The position numbers were made by a program, and so were the translations under genes. A stretch of DNA of 63,499 nt, the filler included, from a candidate division WOR-3 bacterium (GTDB lineage: Bacteria; SDB-A), in the NCBI GenBank assembly GCA_016934535.1. It is 4 parts of 4 records of this genome, joined end to end, with 100 filler letters (N's around TTAATTAATTAA, not from the genome) between each part and the next. Parts side by side here need not be neighbours in the genome. Positions count along the whole stretch, not along the records: positions 1 to 19,203 come from JAFGSQ010000018.1; 3 more parts are not named here. One strand, written 5' to 3'. Positions 1 through 10,479 of this stretch are shown here, one piece after another (position 1 is the first letter of the stretch; each line of letters begins with the position of its first letter). The notes beneath the pieces are model-generated. The model had not been told where the DNA came from and did not search any database. It saw only the letters and a list, made by a program, of their open reading frames with translations.

Positions 1-404
1 GGAAGGATGAGATCCGGATTGGGACCTATGACTGTTCTGTTGTCGTCATAAATCATCTTCCAGAGATACCATCTTTCTCCCCTGGGCTGATACTGCCTCT
101 TCGCGATGTACCAAAGGCAATCGCCTTCTTTTACTATGTAAGTTACATAGTCCGGTGTTCTCGTGAGTTCGGCGATCTGCCTGTTCAATTCACTTTTTCT
201 TGCAAGCAGCTGATCGACTTCAGCTTGAAGCTGATCAACTTCGACTTTGAGCTCATTCACAATGGGACGATTATCAGTTATGCACTGTTCGTACTCTTTG
301 ATCTTGTTCAAAGCCTGTTCTTCTGTTAGCGTCTCTTCGGCAAACATTGCTGATACTGCGAATAAGCCAATAAAGAGAGCTAGAATCAATTTTGTATATC
401 TCAT
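1..404 (-). CDS. Secreted coiled-coil protein with C-terminal LysM domain (runs off the window edge)
   Basis: Not in the ORF track; read by hand. ATG at 404 after a GGAGG RBS: MRYTKLILALFIGLFAVSAMFAEE (signal peptide), heptad coiled coil, then YIVKEGDCLWYIAKRQY...WKMIYDDNRTVIGPNPDLILP, a LysM signature. Confidence 0.85.
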   Translation of the reverse strand, partial: MRYTKLILALFIGLFAVSAMFAEETLTEEQALNKIKEYEQCITDNRPIVNELKVEVDQLQAEVDQLLARKSELNRQIAELTRTPDYVTYIVKEGDCLWYIAKRQYQPRGERWYLWKMIYDDNRTVIGPNPDLIL

Positions 405-416
405 CTTTTCCTCCCC

Positions 417-677
417 TTACAATCCGCGTTCAGCTTTGAGTTCCTGCAGCCTCTGCTCGAGCCTTTCTATTTCAGCCTGTAGGTCGGCTTTCTGCTGCAT
501 TAAACTCTGTTTGCGGTTTTCAAGCCTTGTGCGCTCTGATCTGAGACTTTCACATTCCGATTGAACCTGTCTCAGTCTCGCGAGCGTTTCCTGGGACGCG
601 CCCTTAGGTCCGCAGCCTACCGCCAGCAATGACAGAAGAGCTGTGCCCATAAAGACAGCCGTTAAACGCTTCTTCAT
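417..677 (-). CDS. Small coiled-coil lipoprotein
   Basis: GGAGG RBS; lipobox-like LAVGC; the remainder is one heptad coiled coil. Confidence 0.8.
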   Translation of the reverse strand: MKKRLTAVFMGTALLSLLAVGCGPKGASQETLARLRQVQSECESLRSERTRLENRKQSLMQQKADLQAEIERLEQRLQELKAERGL

Positions 678-828
678 TTAACAAACCTCCTTTCTACCTT
701 TAAACAATGTTATCACAAGATAACAACGCTTTCTAATTAACAGAATTTCAGTTCCGTGTCAATATCTTTAAAATACAACGTGTACAGCTGAAACAACAAT
801 GTTTTTGACTGCATCTGCAAAATGGCTT

Positions 829-2568
829 TCATTGAATGAAAGCCGCCAGGTTTTTGTTAAGTAAAAATATGAATCTGCTCGTCGAGTCGTTCCATACATA
901 AAAATCATCTCTGAGCCCCATGGAGTGAGCGAGAGATCTGGCTATTCTCAGGTTTTTCTCGGAAGAGAGTATTCTCGTCTGGTTTTTCTGAGCTGTGTCG
1001 GGGGATTCAATTACCGCCACGATTCTTATCGGTGTTCTGTTTATCATCGCTTTATCCAACGACCTGAAAAGCCTTGTCGCGAGTGTGTCGTCAGGATATC
1101 TCGTTATGATGCAGACATTCAATGTATCTATGTCAAAGTCTTCCAGCGCCGAAGTGTCGGGCAGGAAATTCCCGGTGTTTACTAGATCATCCCCAGTCTC
1201 GATAACAAGGTGCAAAGTCCTTACAGTCGGCGCCAGTGAATCAGGAAAAATGGCTTCAAACAGATCCAGAATTTTCATGGAATTAACCGAATTTTCAGGC
1301 ACTGAAAAGAGATTCAGCGAGCTTATAAAAGTGTCGGTGCCGTAGCCGTTCAATATTGCATAACTCACACCGGGAGCCAAACTGTCGAAAATTGAATCGA
1401 TGCCGTTTGAAATCAGTATCTGCGCTTTCGTCGCCGTTCCTGCTATCTTTGACACATTTACAATATCAATCCTGTAAAACGAATCGCTCGAGGCGGATGA
1501 ATTTACAATGTTTTGTGAATTGTCCCCCTGATTCACCGTGCCGTTCGTCACAGGTTTTTTTCTCTGAAGGAAATTGAAAGGATTGAATATGACTGCCAGA
1601 ATGAGAAGAACAAACGGTATGAGTGCGTAAAGAATCTTTATATTGAAACTTCTCTCCTTTTTCGTCTTCTTTCTGTTTTCTTTTTCCGTACGAGGTTTTT
1701 TTCCCGTTTCGTCTGCAGCATACTCATCCGGATGGGCTTCGGTTGTTTCATCGTCGGTTTGGATCGGTTCCAGTTCGTCTTCACTGTTTAAGGTTAAAGT
1801 CAACCTTCTTTCCGGGACGTCTGAATGCTGGACAGGGACCTCGCTGAATTTTATCACCGCCGCTGTAGCGTCGTCGTCAGACCCTCCTTTGACGGCGGTA
1901 GAAATGATCACTCCGGGGAGCTCTTCGGAATATCTGTACAGACAAGCTTCCCTTATCTCTCCGTCGTCAATGAAATCCGTCACTCCGTCCGAGGTCATTA
2001 AAAACAGGTCTCCCTGTTTTATGTTGACAGAAAAAACCTCCGGTTCGATGACAGGCCTTGAGCCGACAGAGCCTGTCAGAATATTTCTCATGGTCCGGTC
2101 TTTGCCCTGTCCTTTATCCTGTTCGGCTGACCAGCTGAAATCTTTGGACACCATTTTCAGCGTTCTGTCTCTCAAAAGATAAACTTTGGAATCGCCGATA
2201 TTGGCGACAGAAACCGAATGACTTTTGACGACAAGAATAGACACAGAAGCGCCGACTCCTTTTCTGTCGTTTCTTTCCTTCCAATCCCTGTAAAACTTGC
2301 CGTTTATTTCCTTCAGAGTCTGAACAAGCCGTTCTTTAGTCGTTCTGCTTGTTTCGTCAGTGTAAAATTTTTCAATAATTTCCCTTGCGACGTATTCAGA
2401 AGAGACGGGAGCGTCACTTCTTCCTCCAAAGCCGTCCACTACAATAAAAAGAGCGCCTTTTCTTTCCAAGTCGTTCTGGTTTTCAACCGAAACCCAGGTA
2501 AAAACGTCTTCATTCCGCGAAGTTTTGGACCCTTTAACACTTTTGTAATTTAAATTTATTCTGCTCAT
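829..2568 (-). CDS. PP2C-family Ser/Thr phosphatase with a TM helix and an extracytoplasmic (LytR_C-like) region
   Basis: PP2C motifs RNED, VVDGFGG, NIGDS, TSDGVTD, GGSDDD; charged linker; TM ILYALIPFVLLILAVIF; C-terminal IDIVNVSKIAGTA resembles LytR C-terminal domains. Confidence 0.8.
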   Translation of the reverse strand: MSRINLNYKSVKGSKTSRNEDVFTWVSVENQNDLERKGALFIVVDGFGGRSDAPVSSEYVAREIIEKFYTDETSRTTKERLVQTLKEINGKFYRDWKERNDRKGVGASVSILVVKSHSVSVANIGDSKVYLLRDRTLKMVSKDFSWSAEQDKGQGKDRTMRNILTGSVGSRPVIEPEVFSVNIKQGDLFLMTSDGVTDFIDDGEIREACLYRYSEELPGVIISTAVKGGSDDDATAAVIKFSEVPVQHSDVPERRLTLTLNSEDELEPIQTDDETTEAHPDEYAADETGKKPRTEKENRKKTKKERSFNIKILYALIPFVLLILAVIFNPFNFLQRKKPVTNGTVNQGDNSQNIVNSSASSDSFYRIDIVNVSKIAGTATKAQILISNGIDSIFDSLAPGVSYAILNGYGTDTFISSLNLFSVPENSVNSMKILDLFEAIFPDSLAPTVRTLHLVIETGDDLVNTGNFLPDTSALEDFDIDTLNVCIITRYPDDTLATRLFRSLDKAMINRTPIRIVAVIESPDTAQKNQTRILSSEKNLRIARSLAHSMGLRDDFYVWNDSTSRFIFLLNKNLAAFIQ

Positions 2569-2569
2569 T

Positions 2570-4399
2570 TTACTCCGACATTTCCCTGAATTGCTCCAGC
2601 TGTCTCGAACGCGCTTTCAGCCTGAGTTTTTTCAGCGCTTTAGTTTCTATTTGTCGTATTCTCTCTCTGGTGACCCCAAAAATCATCCCTACTTCCTCGA
2701 GCGTTTTCGGACATCCGTCTTCGATACCGAACCTGTATACGAGGACCTTCTTTTCCCTCTCCGTGAGAGTATTCAACACCCCTCTCAGTCTTTCGTCGAG
2801 CATTGCGTTTGCAGCCACCTGCAGAGGTGAAGCTTCCTTAATGTCCTCGATGAAATCCCCGAAAAATGCGTCATCGCTGTCGCCTATGGGTCTGTCAAGC
2901 GAAACCGTGTCCTGCCCGACATTGAAGACAGCATAGATTTTTTCAATAGGTATGTCAAGTTTTTCGGCTATTTCTTCGGGAGTCGGTTCCTGACCGGTTT
3001 TCTGTTTGTAAACCGAAATCTCTTTCAGCACCTTGTGCATCACTTCTATCATATGGACAGGCACTCTGACAGTTCTTCCCTGATCTGCCAGAGCCCTGCT
3101 TATGGCTTGCCTTATCCACCATGTGGCATATGTGCTGAACTTGTAACCCTTTCTCCAGTCAAATTTATCCACTGCTCTCATCAAACCTACGTTGCCTTCC
3201 TGAATCAGGTCGAGGAAATCGAGTCCCTGATGACTTGATTTACGGGCTATGGAAATGACCAGTCTGACATTGGCTTCTATCATTTTCTTTTTTGCTTCGT
3301 TAACTCTGCTGTTTGCGTCGGATATCTTCTGCAGGGTTTCTTTTGTTTTCAAATACGTCGCCATCGCTTCGTCTTCCATTTTTTTCTGCTCTCTGGCGAA
3401 TTCGAAAAGTTTTTCAATGTCTTTGTCTATGTTTTCATTCTTTTTCCTGGCAGTTGATATTGAAGACGAGTTAATTGATTTTACGGCTTTGACAATTTTA
3501 TCGTGTTCTTCGGGCAGATAATCCATTTGAGGTTTTACCAGAGATCTGACGCTTTTCCACCTTTTTTCATGTTGACATCTCAGACTGCAATAGCCGTCAA
3601 AATGTTTTTTCAGTGCGTCGACGCATTTTTCGACGATTTTAATGTGCAGTCTGTCGTAAAAATCCCACGAATCTATATCCTGTTTAACGGGAGGATTGAC
3701 AAGGTTCATAATAGATCTGGATATGTCCGTCAGGATTTTTTCTTTTTCAGTCCTCGTAGATTTTTTTTTAAGATTTCTGTATTTCTTTTCTATGCCGTTT
3801 ATCTTTCCGACGAGAAACTGCTTTTTCTTCCAGACAACGTATCTCATGGGGAAAAGCAGGTCTTTTTCGTCTTCGGGATAAAAGAAAAGCTTCAAAAAAT
3901 CACCGACGTTCTGACTTTTTGATTTTTCTATGTCTTCTTTGATTTTCAGAAAGTGTTCGACTCCCGTCATGCAGGAAAAAACAAAATCGGCGATCTCAAT
4001 TTCAGCCTGTTCCTTTTCTTTGGCGACGACAATTTCGTCCTGTCTTGTAAGAAGCTTGGTGTTTTTAAGTTCCTGCATGTATAGCTTTGTGGGATCGTCG
4101 AAGGCTTTTATGTTGTGGATTTTGAGAACTTTTTGTTTTTTCAGGTTTTCGAGCTGTTCGTTCCTTATTACTATGTCGTTTTTTTTCAAGTGGGAACAGA
4201 TGTCTTCGAAAACGTCTTCAGCAGTCAGGCTGTCTGGTATGAGGCCGTTTATTTCCTCATACGAAATTACGTTACGCTGAGATCTGGCTTTTTTTTCGAT
4301 TTTTCCCAGAACTGCCTGAAGGTTCTTGTCTCTGTCTATCTTTTTCTTTTTGGCTTTTGAGGGAGCTTGCCCCTTTTTTTTGACTTTCACAGCGGTCAT
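2570..4399 (-). CDS. rpoD: RNA polymerase primary sigma factor
   Basis: Region 1.2 DPTKLYM, region 2 [18 protein letters not shown]...[14 protein letters not shown], region 4 [18 protein letters not shown]; directly after dnaG. Confidence 0.97.
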   Translation of the reverse strand: MTAVKVKKKGQAPSKAKKKKIDRDKNLQAVLGKIEKKARSQRNVISYEEINGLIPDSLTAEDVFEDICSHLKKNDIVIRNEQLENLKKQKVLKIHNIKAFDDPTKLYMQELKNTKLLTRQDEIVVAKEKEQAEIEIADFVFSCMTGVEHFLKIKEDIEKSKSQNVGDFLKLFFYPEDEKDLLFPMRYVVWKKKQFLVGKINGIEKKYRNLKKKSTRTEKEKILTDISRSIMNLVNPPVKQDIDSWDFYDRLHIKIVEKCVDALKKHFDGYCSLRCQHEKRWKSVRSLVKPQMDYLPEEHDKIVKAVKSINSSSISTARKKNENIDKDIEKLFEFAREQKKMEDEAMATYLKTKETLQKISDANSRVNEAKKKMIEANVRLVISIARKSSHQGLDFLDLIQEGNVGLMRAVDKFDWRKGYKFSTYATWWIRQAISRALADQGRTVRVPVHMIEVMHKVLKEISVYKQKTGQEPTPEEIAEKLDIPIEKIYAVFNVGQDTVSLDRPIGDSDDAFFGDFIEDIKEASPLQVAANAMLDERLRGVLNTLTEREKKVLVYRFGIEDGCPKTLEEVGMIFGVTRERIRQIETKALKKLRLKARSRQLEQFREMSE

Positions 4400-6057
4400 T
4401 ACTTTCTGCCCTCCCTTATCAGTTTCTGAAGCTGAAGAGCCAGGTCTTTTGTTTCCTCGCCCTTCTGCTGAGCAATCCTTATCTCCCTGATCAAACTGTC
4501 CCGGTTTTCTTTAAGAATCAGATTTTCAACATTCTTTTGAAGGTTTTCGAGACTTTCCGCGGCTTCATCCTCCTCGCAAAACTGAAGCCTGAAATACTCC
4601 TTTCTCAAAGGCAAATTCTCGCCGCTTTTTTCCACTTCTTCGGCTAAAGTTCTCAAATTCAGACTATTTAACATTTTACTATTAAGATAATCATTTATCC
4701 TGGTTTTCGCAACATTTCCAGGCGCATCTTTCCTCCTGGATATTGATAAAATCAAGAGAAGAAGATGCTCTTTTTTGGAGGGTCCTCTGTGAACCGTCTC
4801 GAAAGTATCCATTTTAGGACTCTTTGAACAGTAATCGTCAATATCCGGAACTCCAAGAGAAGTCGAGGCTTTCCTCTTCCATTCTTCTCGCAGTATCTTG
4901 TCGGGTATAAGATTCAAGACTTCGATTATCCTGAGAGCGAGCTTCGATTTTTCAGGGGGAGAAGAAGGAAAATAATGATTTTGGAAAAAATCGAGCCACG
5001 ATATTTTGCCTCGTTCCATGTCCTCTGAGGGATTTTTCGAATTCCTGACAAGATCGTCAGGATCTTTGTGCTCATCGGTTTTGATGACTTCCACGTCAAG
5101 GCCTGTGCTCAAAAGTATCTCTATCGCCCTTACGGCCGCTTTCTGTCCGGATTCATCGGAGTCGTAAAAAACCGAAACGGCATCGGAGTATTTTTTGAGC
5201 AATCTTGCCTGATCAACAGTCAGGGAAGTGCCGCAGGATGCAACCGCGTTTTCAAATCCCGCTCTGAATAAAGAGATCACGTCCATGTATCCTTCGACAA
5301 GAATAAAACCGGGTTTTTTTATGACCGACTTTTTTGCCAGGTTCAATGCGTAAAGCACCGAACTTTTATCATAAATCTCCATTTGACGTGAATTCAGATA
5401 TTTTGGACCTTTACCGTTCAAGTGTCTTCCTCCGAAAGCCAGTACTTTTCCTCCGGAGTCAAAAATAGGGAACATAAGTCTGTCATTAAAAGTCTCGTAA
5501 TAAGAACCGTAATTATTTTTCGTCAAAAGTCCTGCTTTTTCAAGAAAATCGACGGAAAATCCCGTTTTTTTCGCCTCGGCTGCAAGTCCGCCTTTTGAAT
5601 AACCTAATCGGAAGCGTGAAATGATCTCTTCATCGAGGCCTCTTTTTGCAAGATAATTTCTGACTTCCGCGCCAGCGGTGCTTTTGAGACAATTTTGGTA
5701 AAAAACGCACGCAAATTCCATGGCGTCATAGAGATCTTTTCCCGTCTTGTTTTCTCCAGAAAGAGACACTCCAGCCCTTTTCGCTAATTTCTTCAGGGCT
5801 TCGGAAAAATCAATATTTTCTATCTGCATGAGAAAGTTAAAAGCGTTTCCTCCGGCACCGCAGCCGAAACAATAATAGAGATTTTTCTGAGGAGAAACAG
5901 TGAACGAAGGGGTTTTCTCCGTATGAAAAGGGCAAAGGCCTTTGAAATCCTTGCCCGAAGGAACGAGCTTGACGAATTCAGATATAAGCTCGACTATCTG
6001 TGTTTTTTCAAGGACTTCATCTATTTTCGTGTTGCTTTTCGCTTCCACTCGCTTCAC
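4399..6057 (-). CDS. dnaG: DNA primase
   Basis: CHC2 zinc finger [11 protein letters not shown]...[23 protein letters not shown] and YDSDESG. Confidence 0.97.
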   Translation of the reverse strand: MKRVEAKSNTKIDEVLEKTQIVELISEFVKLVPSGKDFKGLCPFHTEKTPSFTVSPQKNLYYCFGCGAGGNAFNFLMQIENIDFSEALKKLAKRAGVSLSGENKTGKDLYDAMEFACVFYQNCLKSTAGAEVRNYLAKRGLDEEIISRFRLGYSKGGLAAEAKKTGFSVDFLEKAGLLTKNNYGSYYETFNDRLMFPIFDSGGKVLAFGGRHLNGKGPKYLNSRQMEIYDKSSVLYALNLAKKSVIKKPGFILVEGYMDVISLFRAGFENAVASCGTSLTVDQARLLKKYSDAVSVFYDSDESGQKAAVRAIEILLSTGLDVEVIKTDEHKDPDDLVRNSKNPSEDMERGKISWLDFFQNHYFPSSPPEKSKLALRIIEVLNLIPDKILREEWKRKASTSLGVPDIDDYCSKSPKMDTFETVHRGPSKKEHLLLLILSISRRKDAPGNVAKTRINDYLNSKMLNSLNLRTLAEEVEKSGENLPLRKEYFRLQFCEEDEAAESLENLQKNVENLILKENRDSLIREIRIAQQKGEETKDLALQLQKLIREGRK

Positions 6058-8351
6058 CTGAAAAACAGAACGGTGACTCCGTCTCCGCCTTCATTTGGCT
6101 GTCCCGCTCTATGTCTGATCTTGTTGGCGTCCAGGTATTCCTTTATCCTTTTTTTAAGCTTGCCGGTGCCCACTCCGTGAATTACAGTGACGAAAGGATG
6201 ATCGGCAAAAACCGCGTCGTCTATAAATATTTCCAATTGTTCCAGAGCCGTGTCGGAATCCAGTCCCCTGAGATCGGTACTCGTCTTGAAATCTCTGTCT
6301 CTTGCAAGAACTATCCTCTCTTTTGACTTCAACTCGCCTTCTGTTTCAGAATAAGTCAAATCCTCTGGCAGACAGACTATTTTCACTTTGTTTGTTTTTA
6401 CGACATATCTGTCTTTTTCCTTTTTTATTATTTCTCCGGCTGATTTGAGTGATTTTATAAACACTTTATCTCCAGGGGCAAAATCCCGATCGGATTTTTT
6501 TTCTTTCTTTTTTTTGCTCCCTTTTTCGACAAAAGCTTTCCTGTATTCTTCTATGCTGGTTTTTGAAGCATTGGTCTCTCTCAAAAGTTTGATTATTTCT
6601 TCGGCTTTTTTTCGGGTTTGAGAAATAATTTCGGCTTTTTCCGTTTCTGCCTTCCTTTCGAAGTCATCTTTCTCCCGCTCAAGCGATTCTTCAAGCATTT
6701 TCAATTGTTCGGATTTCTCTTTTTGCGCCTTGAGTTCCATTTCCGTTTCTTTTTCGTTCCTGAGGCTTTTCTCGAGTGTTTTTTTCAACTGTTCGACTGT
6801 AATTTCGTACGATAATTGCTCCTGAGGCATCAGAGACAGAGCTCTTTCGGTTATCTCTTCCGGAAAACCGTATTTTCTTGCGATTTCGAAGGTGTAGGAC
6901 GAACCGGGAAGCCCCATGGTCAGCTTGTAGGTCGGCTCAAAACTCGGAGTGTCTATATCCATTGAAGCATTAACTATTTTCTCCATGTCTTCCACCGCGG
7001 CCTTAAGCTGAACAATATTCGTCGTAGCGACAACCGTGCTTCCATTCCCGACCAGAGCTTCTATGAAAGCCGCGGCCAGCGCCGCGCCTTTTCCCGGATC
7101 GGTTGAACTGCCGATCTCATCAATTAAAACAAGCGTCTTGCCGTTTGATACGCCCCATATCATGTTCCATCTTTTAAGCCTCGCTGTGAAAGTCGAGATG
7201 TCCTCTTCTATTGACTGCCTGTCTCCCCCGTCGCATATCACTTCTAAATCGAAAGGAATAGAGGTCTCATCCGAAACAGGCGGGTGGATTCCTATGTAAG
7301 AAAGAAGCACGGTTATACCGACCGTTTTCAGTGCTATGGTCTTTCCTCCCGCGTTAGGCCCGCTTATCAGGACTGCTTTCTTGCCGGGCGGAAGTTCCAT
7401 GTCCAACGGGACAGCCGCTTCTCTGCCTTTCAATATACAAAGAAGAGGGTGTCTGGCGCCGGCAAGCTTGAACGGGCCTTCAACCGGTTGTACTCCTTCA
7501 AGCTTTTCAGAAAACCTCGCTTTTGCCAGCGCCGAATCGAGGCGGCATGAGATGTCGAAAATGTTTATAAGATCTTCTCTTGCGTCAAGGACCTCTTCAG
7601 TCAAAGCCCTGAGTATCCTTTTTATTTCCCATTGCTCGTCCCTGATAAGCGTCTGAAGCCTGTTGTTTTCTTCAACCAGTTCGAAGGGTTCCATGAATAC
7701 AGTCGCACCGCTCTCCGAGACGTCGTGAACGAGACCGCCGAGAGATCTTTGCTTTTCAGTCTTTACAGCCAAAACATATCTTTCTGAGCGCTGAGTAATG
7801 AAGTTTTCCTGAAGGGAGTCTTTGTATTTTTCGCATACATCTTTTGCACGTTTTGAAAGCAATTTGGATTGAGAAGCAATTTGCTTTCTGATTCTCGCCA
7901 ACTCATGGCTCGCCGTATCTTTTATCGATCCGTCTTTGTCGACGGCTTTATTTATATTTTTTCCCAGATCGCTTTGACAGTCCATCTGAGAAATCATCCG
8001 AAAGGTCAACGGATATTTAAAATCATGCGGAGCGAGAGCTTTTTTTGTTTCTGAGGCCATAACGGTCAGTTGACCGAGCGAATACAGTTCGAGAGGAGAA
8101 ATCCCTCTCGCTTTTTCGAACGCGGAATCAAATATGCTGTCGACAGGAGCAAGTCTGTCGAACGTGAGATTCAAATCACTGGAAATTTTTCTCCACTCCG
8201 CCGTCAGGCAGAGCAGATCGCGGACAATAACTTTATCCGCGACCGGCATTGTCTTTTTTAATTTTTCCGCACTGAAAGGGCTCGAACATTCATTCGAGAT
8301 TTTTTCAAGGATAGAAAAGTAATCGAGAATCCTGCAAGATTCTTTATCCAT
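6054..8351 (-). CDS. mutS2: MutS2 endonuclease/ATPase with C-terminal Smr domain
   Basis: ARHPLL, Walker A GPNAGGKT, LIDEIG..TDP, PTYKL..G.PG.S, Smr DLRG...IHGVGTGKLK...GGDGVT. Confidence 0.93.
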   Translation of the reverse strand: MDKESCRILDYFSILEKISNECSSPFSAEKLKKTMPVADKVIVRDLLCLTAEWRKISSDLNLTFDRLAPVDSIFDSAFEKARGISPLELYSLGQLTVMASETKKALAPHDFKYPLTFRMISQMDCQSDLGKNINKAVDKDGSIKDTASHELARIRKQIASQSKLLSKRAKDVCEKYKDSLQENFITQRSERYVLAVKTEKQRSLGGLVHDVSESGATVFMEPFELVEENNRLQTLIRDEQWEIKRILRALTEEVLDAREDLINIFDISCRLDSALAKARFSEKLEGVQPVEGPFKLAGARHPLLCILKGREAAVPLDMELPPGKKAVLISGPNAGGKTIALKTVGITVLLSYIGIHPPVSDETSIPFDLEVICDGGDRQSIEEDISTFTARLKRWNMIWGVSNGKTLVLIDEIGSSTDPGKGAALAAAFIEALVGNGSTVVATTNIVQLKAAVEDMEKIVNASMDIDTPSFEPTYKLTMGLPGSSYTFEIARKYGFPEEITERALSLMPQEQLSYEITVEQLKKTLEKSLRNEKETEMELKAQKEKSEQLKMLEESLEREKDDFERKAETEKAEIISQTRKKAEEIIKLLRETNASKTSIEEYRKAFVEKGSKKKKEKKSDRDFAPGDKVFIKSLKSAGEIIKKEKDRYVVKTNKVKIVCLPEDLTYSETEGELKSKERIVLARDRDFKTSTDLRGLDSDTALEQLEIFIDDAVFADHPFVTVIHGVGTGKLKKRIKEYLDANKIRHRAGQPNEGGDGVTVLFFR

Positions 8352-8382
8352 CCGTATAAATTTTCACTTCAAGCCGAAAGGC

Positions 8383-8565
8383 TTATTTTCTTATGACTCT
8401 GCGCCTGTTCGAGAGACTTTTTTTCTTTCTTTCCTCGCTCGGTTTCTCGTATCTTTCGTTTTTCTTGAAGTCGCTTAAAATTCTCTCTTGTTCGCAGATT
8501 CTCTTAAATCTTTTGAGTGCCGATTCAAACGATTCGTTTTCTCTGACTTTAACACCGACTGACAT
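8383..8565 (-). CDS. rpsU: 30S ribosomal protein S21
   Basis: [18 protein letters not shown]...YEKPSE; heads the rpsU-dnaG-rpoD operon. Confidence 0.96.
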   Translation of the reverse strand: MSVGVKVRENESFESALKRFKRICEQERILSDFKKNERYEKPSEERKKKSLSNRRRVIRK

Positions 8566-8839
8566 ACTCTATCCCATCCTCCTTGTTTACTTGAGTTGAA
8601 ATAAAACAAAAAACCTCTCCCCTTCTTAAAGATAAAGATTGATTTGATTTTTTTTCGACTATAACAGCATTTTTTTTCTTTGTCAATTGCAAACTTCTCA
8701 AAATTTTAACTTGAATCAAGGGTTTATAAAATCCGTAAAACATTGTTATTGAAAATCTTTTATTTGTCTTATATAATCGTCGTTAAAAAATTCCAAAACA
8801 GTTGGTGTTGGCTGAATCTTTGTCACGGAGGGATATACA

Positions 8840-10468
8840 ATGAAATCTATATTTTCCGCAATAATTTTCTCACTTTTTGCTTCCGCCGTTATTTCAGGAT
8901 CGTCGGGTGATTTTTTCTTTTCATCGGACAATGACACGACTATTTCTTTTTCTGACATCATAACATACAGAAACTTCATCGACTCGACGAATTTCAGCGG
9001 ATTTTTCCTCCTCAAATATTATTCCCTCGAGGCTTACGAAAACGGATTGGCTCTGGAAGAATCTTTGTCTCTTGAAGCTATAGCAAGGGAAACGCTTTAC
9101 AAACACGCCTATAGTAAATACGGCAGATTCGATTTTACGCCTGTTCCGGAATATCTCGACAGCGTTCATAAAATGAGCGCTTTCTCCGTCAGAGGCGCCT
9201 TTATATGCACGAAAGACTCCCTTCTGGCCGAAAAAGTCCGGACTGAATTGTCCGGTTACACTGAACTCGGCGACAGCCTTTTTACAGCAAAAACCGAATC
9301 GCTTTTTTTCGAATACGCCGACCCGAGAATTTCAGGCATCGCCGAAGTGTCCTGGGAAAACGTCATGTATCCGCTCAGAGACGCCTTGTTTTCCCTCGAA
9401 GATTTTTCGGTTGGCCCCGTCATTCGCTTTCCGACTTTTTACGTTGTTCCTGTCAGACTTCAGACAAAGGAAAAAGACCCCATTCTGCCTGACACTATGA
9501 ACGCCGATTGGCTAGTGTTCGTAACTTCTCTGTCACAAACCGACTACAAGATAAAAAGCATTCTCGAAGCAATCGAAATCGCAAAACCAGTTTACGTCTC
9601 TTCGACCATGGATTTATTTGTCATGGCGGACAGCGCAAAATTCGACACGATCCCGTTTCCCATGTTCCCTCAGATCTCCAGGGAAGACTCCTTGAGAACA
9701 GTATGCCGATACCTCGACGATGAAATGTCCGCGGGTGAAATGATGCTCAGATTCCGAAGAAGAGGACTTTTTCCGAGACTCGGCGACACGGTCAATTTGC
9801 GTTTTGAAATAGAAAGACAGCTGATTCTCGAAGACGCCTTTACAATGCCTCATCTAGAGAACCTGAGAAACGATCCTCTCATAGCTTCTGAAATCGAGCT
9901 TCTTCAGAATGAATTTCTGTACAATCTCCTGAAAAAAAGGATTGAAGATACTGTTTTCGTCGACATGGAAGAAATGCGGGCATTTTACGAAAGAAACAAG
10001 GAAAATTATCTGCTTCCCGAAAGACTCGGATATTCCATATTTTTATCGGGCGACAGTTCCTTTTCAGATTCGATAAAAAACCTTGTCGTGAGAGGTTTTT
10101 CTTTTGATTCGCTGGCTCGTCTTCATTCCACTCACACGACGGCCAAAGAAGGAGGAGCGGCAGGTTACAGAGCGAGAGATCTTTACGGAACCTTACAGCC
10201 TGTAATGCAGGATATGAACAAGGGAGACGTGTCCGATTTGTTCAAGACAATTGACGGATGGGCATTCGTAAAGGTAACCGAGATTATTCCCCCTGCCTAC
10301 CAGCCGTTTGACAGCATTCAGGTCAGAATTAAAAATGAAACGAGAAATGAGAAATTGGAAAAAACATTCATGGGATTCATGGAATACTTAAAGATGAAAC
10401 ATCACGTAGTCATAAACATAAACAGTCTGGTTTTGTCTTTCCTGAGGGAAATGTTCTTTCACAACTGA
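8840..10468 (+). CDS. Exported parvulin/PpiC-type peptidyl-prolyl isomerase (SurA/PrsA-like)
   Basis: Signal peptide; EMRAFYERNKENY..PER; FDSLARLHS...KEGG..G; GDVSD.FKT.DGW rotamase pattern. Confidence 0.8.
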   Translation: MKSIFSAIIFSLFASAVISGSSGDFFFSSDNDTTISFSDIITYRNFIDSTNFSGFFLLKYYSLEAYENGLALEESLSLEAIARETLYKHAYSKYGRFDFTPVPEYLDSVHKMSAFSVRGAFICTKDSLLAEKVRTELSGYTELGDSLFTAKTESLFFEYADPRISGIAEVSWENVMYPLRDALFSLEDFSVGPVIRFPTFYVVPVRLQTKEKDPILPDTMNADWLVFVTSLSQTDYKIKSILEAIEIAKPVYVSSTMDLFVMADSAKFDTIPFPMFPQISREDSLRTVCRYLDDEMSAGEMMLRFRRRGLFPRLGDTVNLRFEIERQLILEDAFTMPHLENLRNDPLIASEIELLQNEFLYNLLKKRIEDTVFVDMEEMRAFYERNKENYLLPERLGYSIFLSGDSSFSDSIKNLVVRGFSFDSLARLHSTHTTAKEGGAAGYRARDLYGTLQPVMQDMNKGDVSDLFKTIDGWAFVKVTEIIPPAYQPFDSIQVRIKNETRNEKLEKTFMGFMEYLKMKHHVVININSLVLSFLREMFFHN

Positions 10469-10479
10469 AAGAATTTAGT

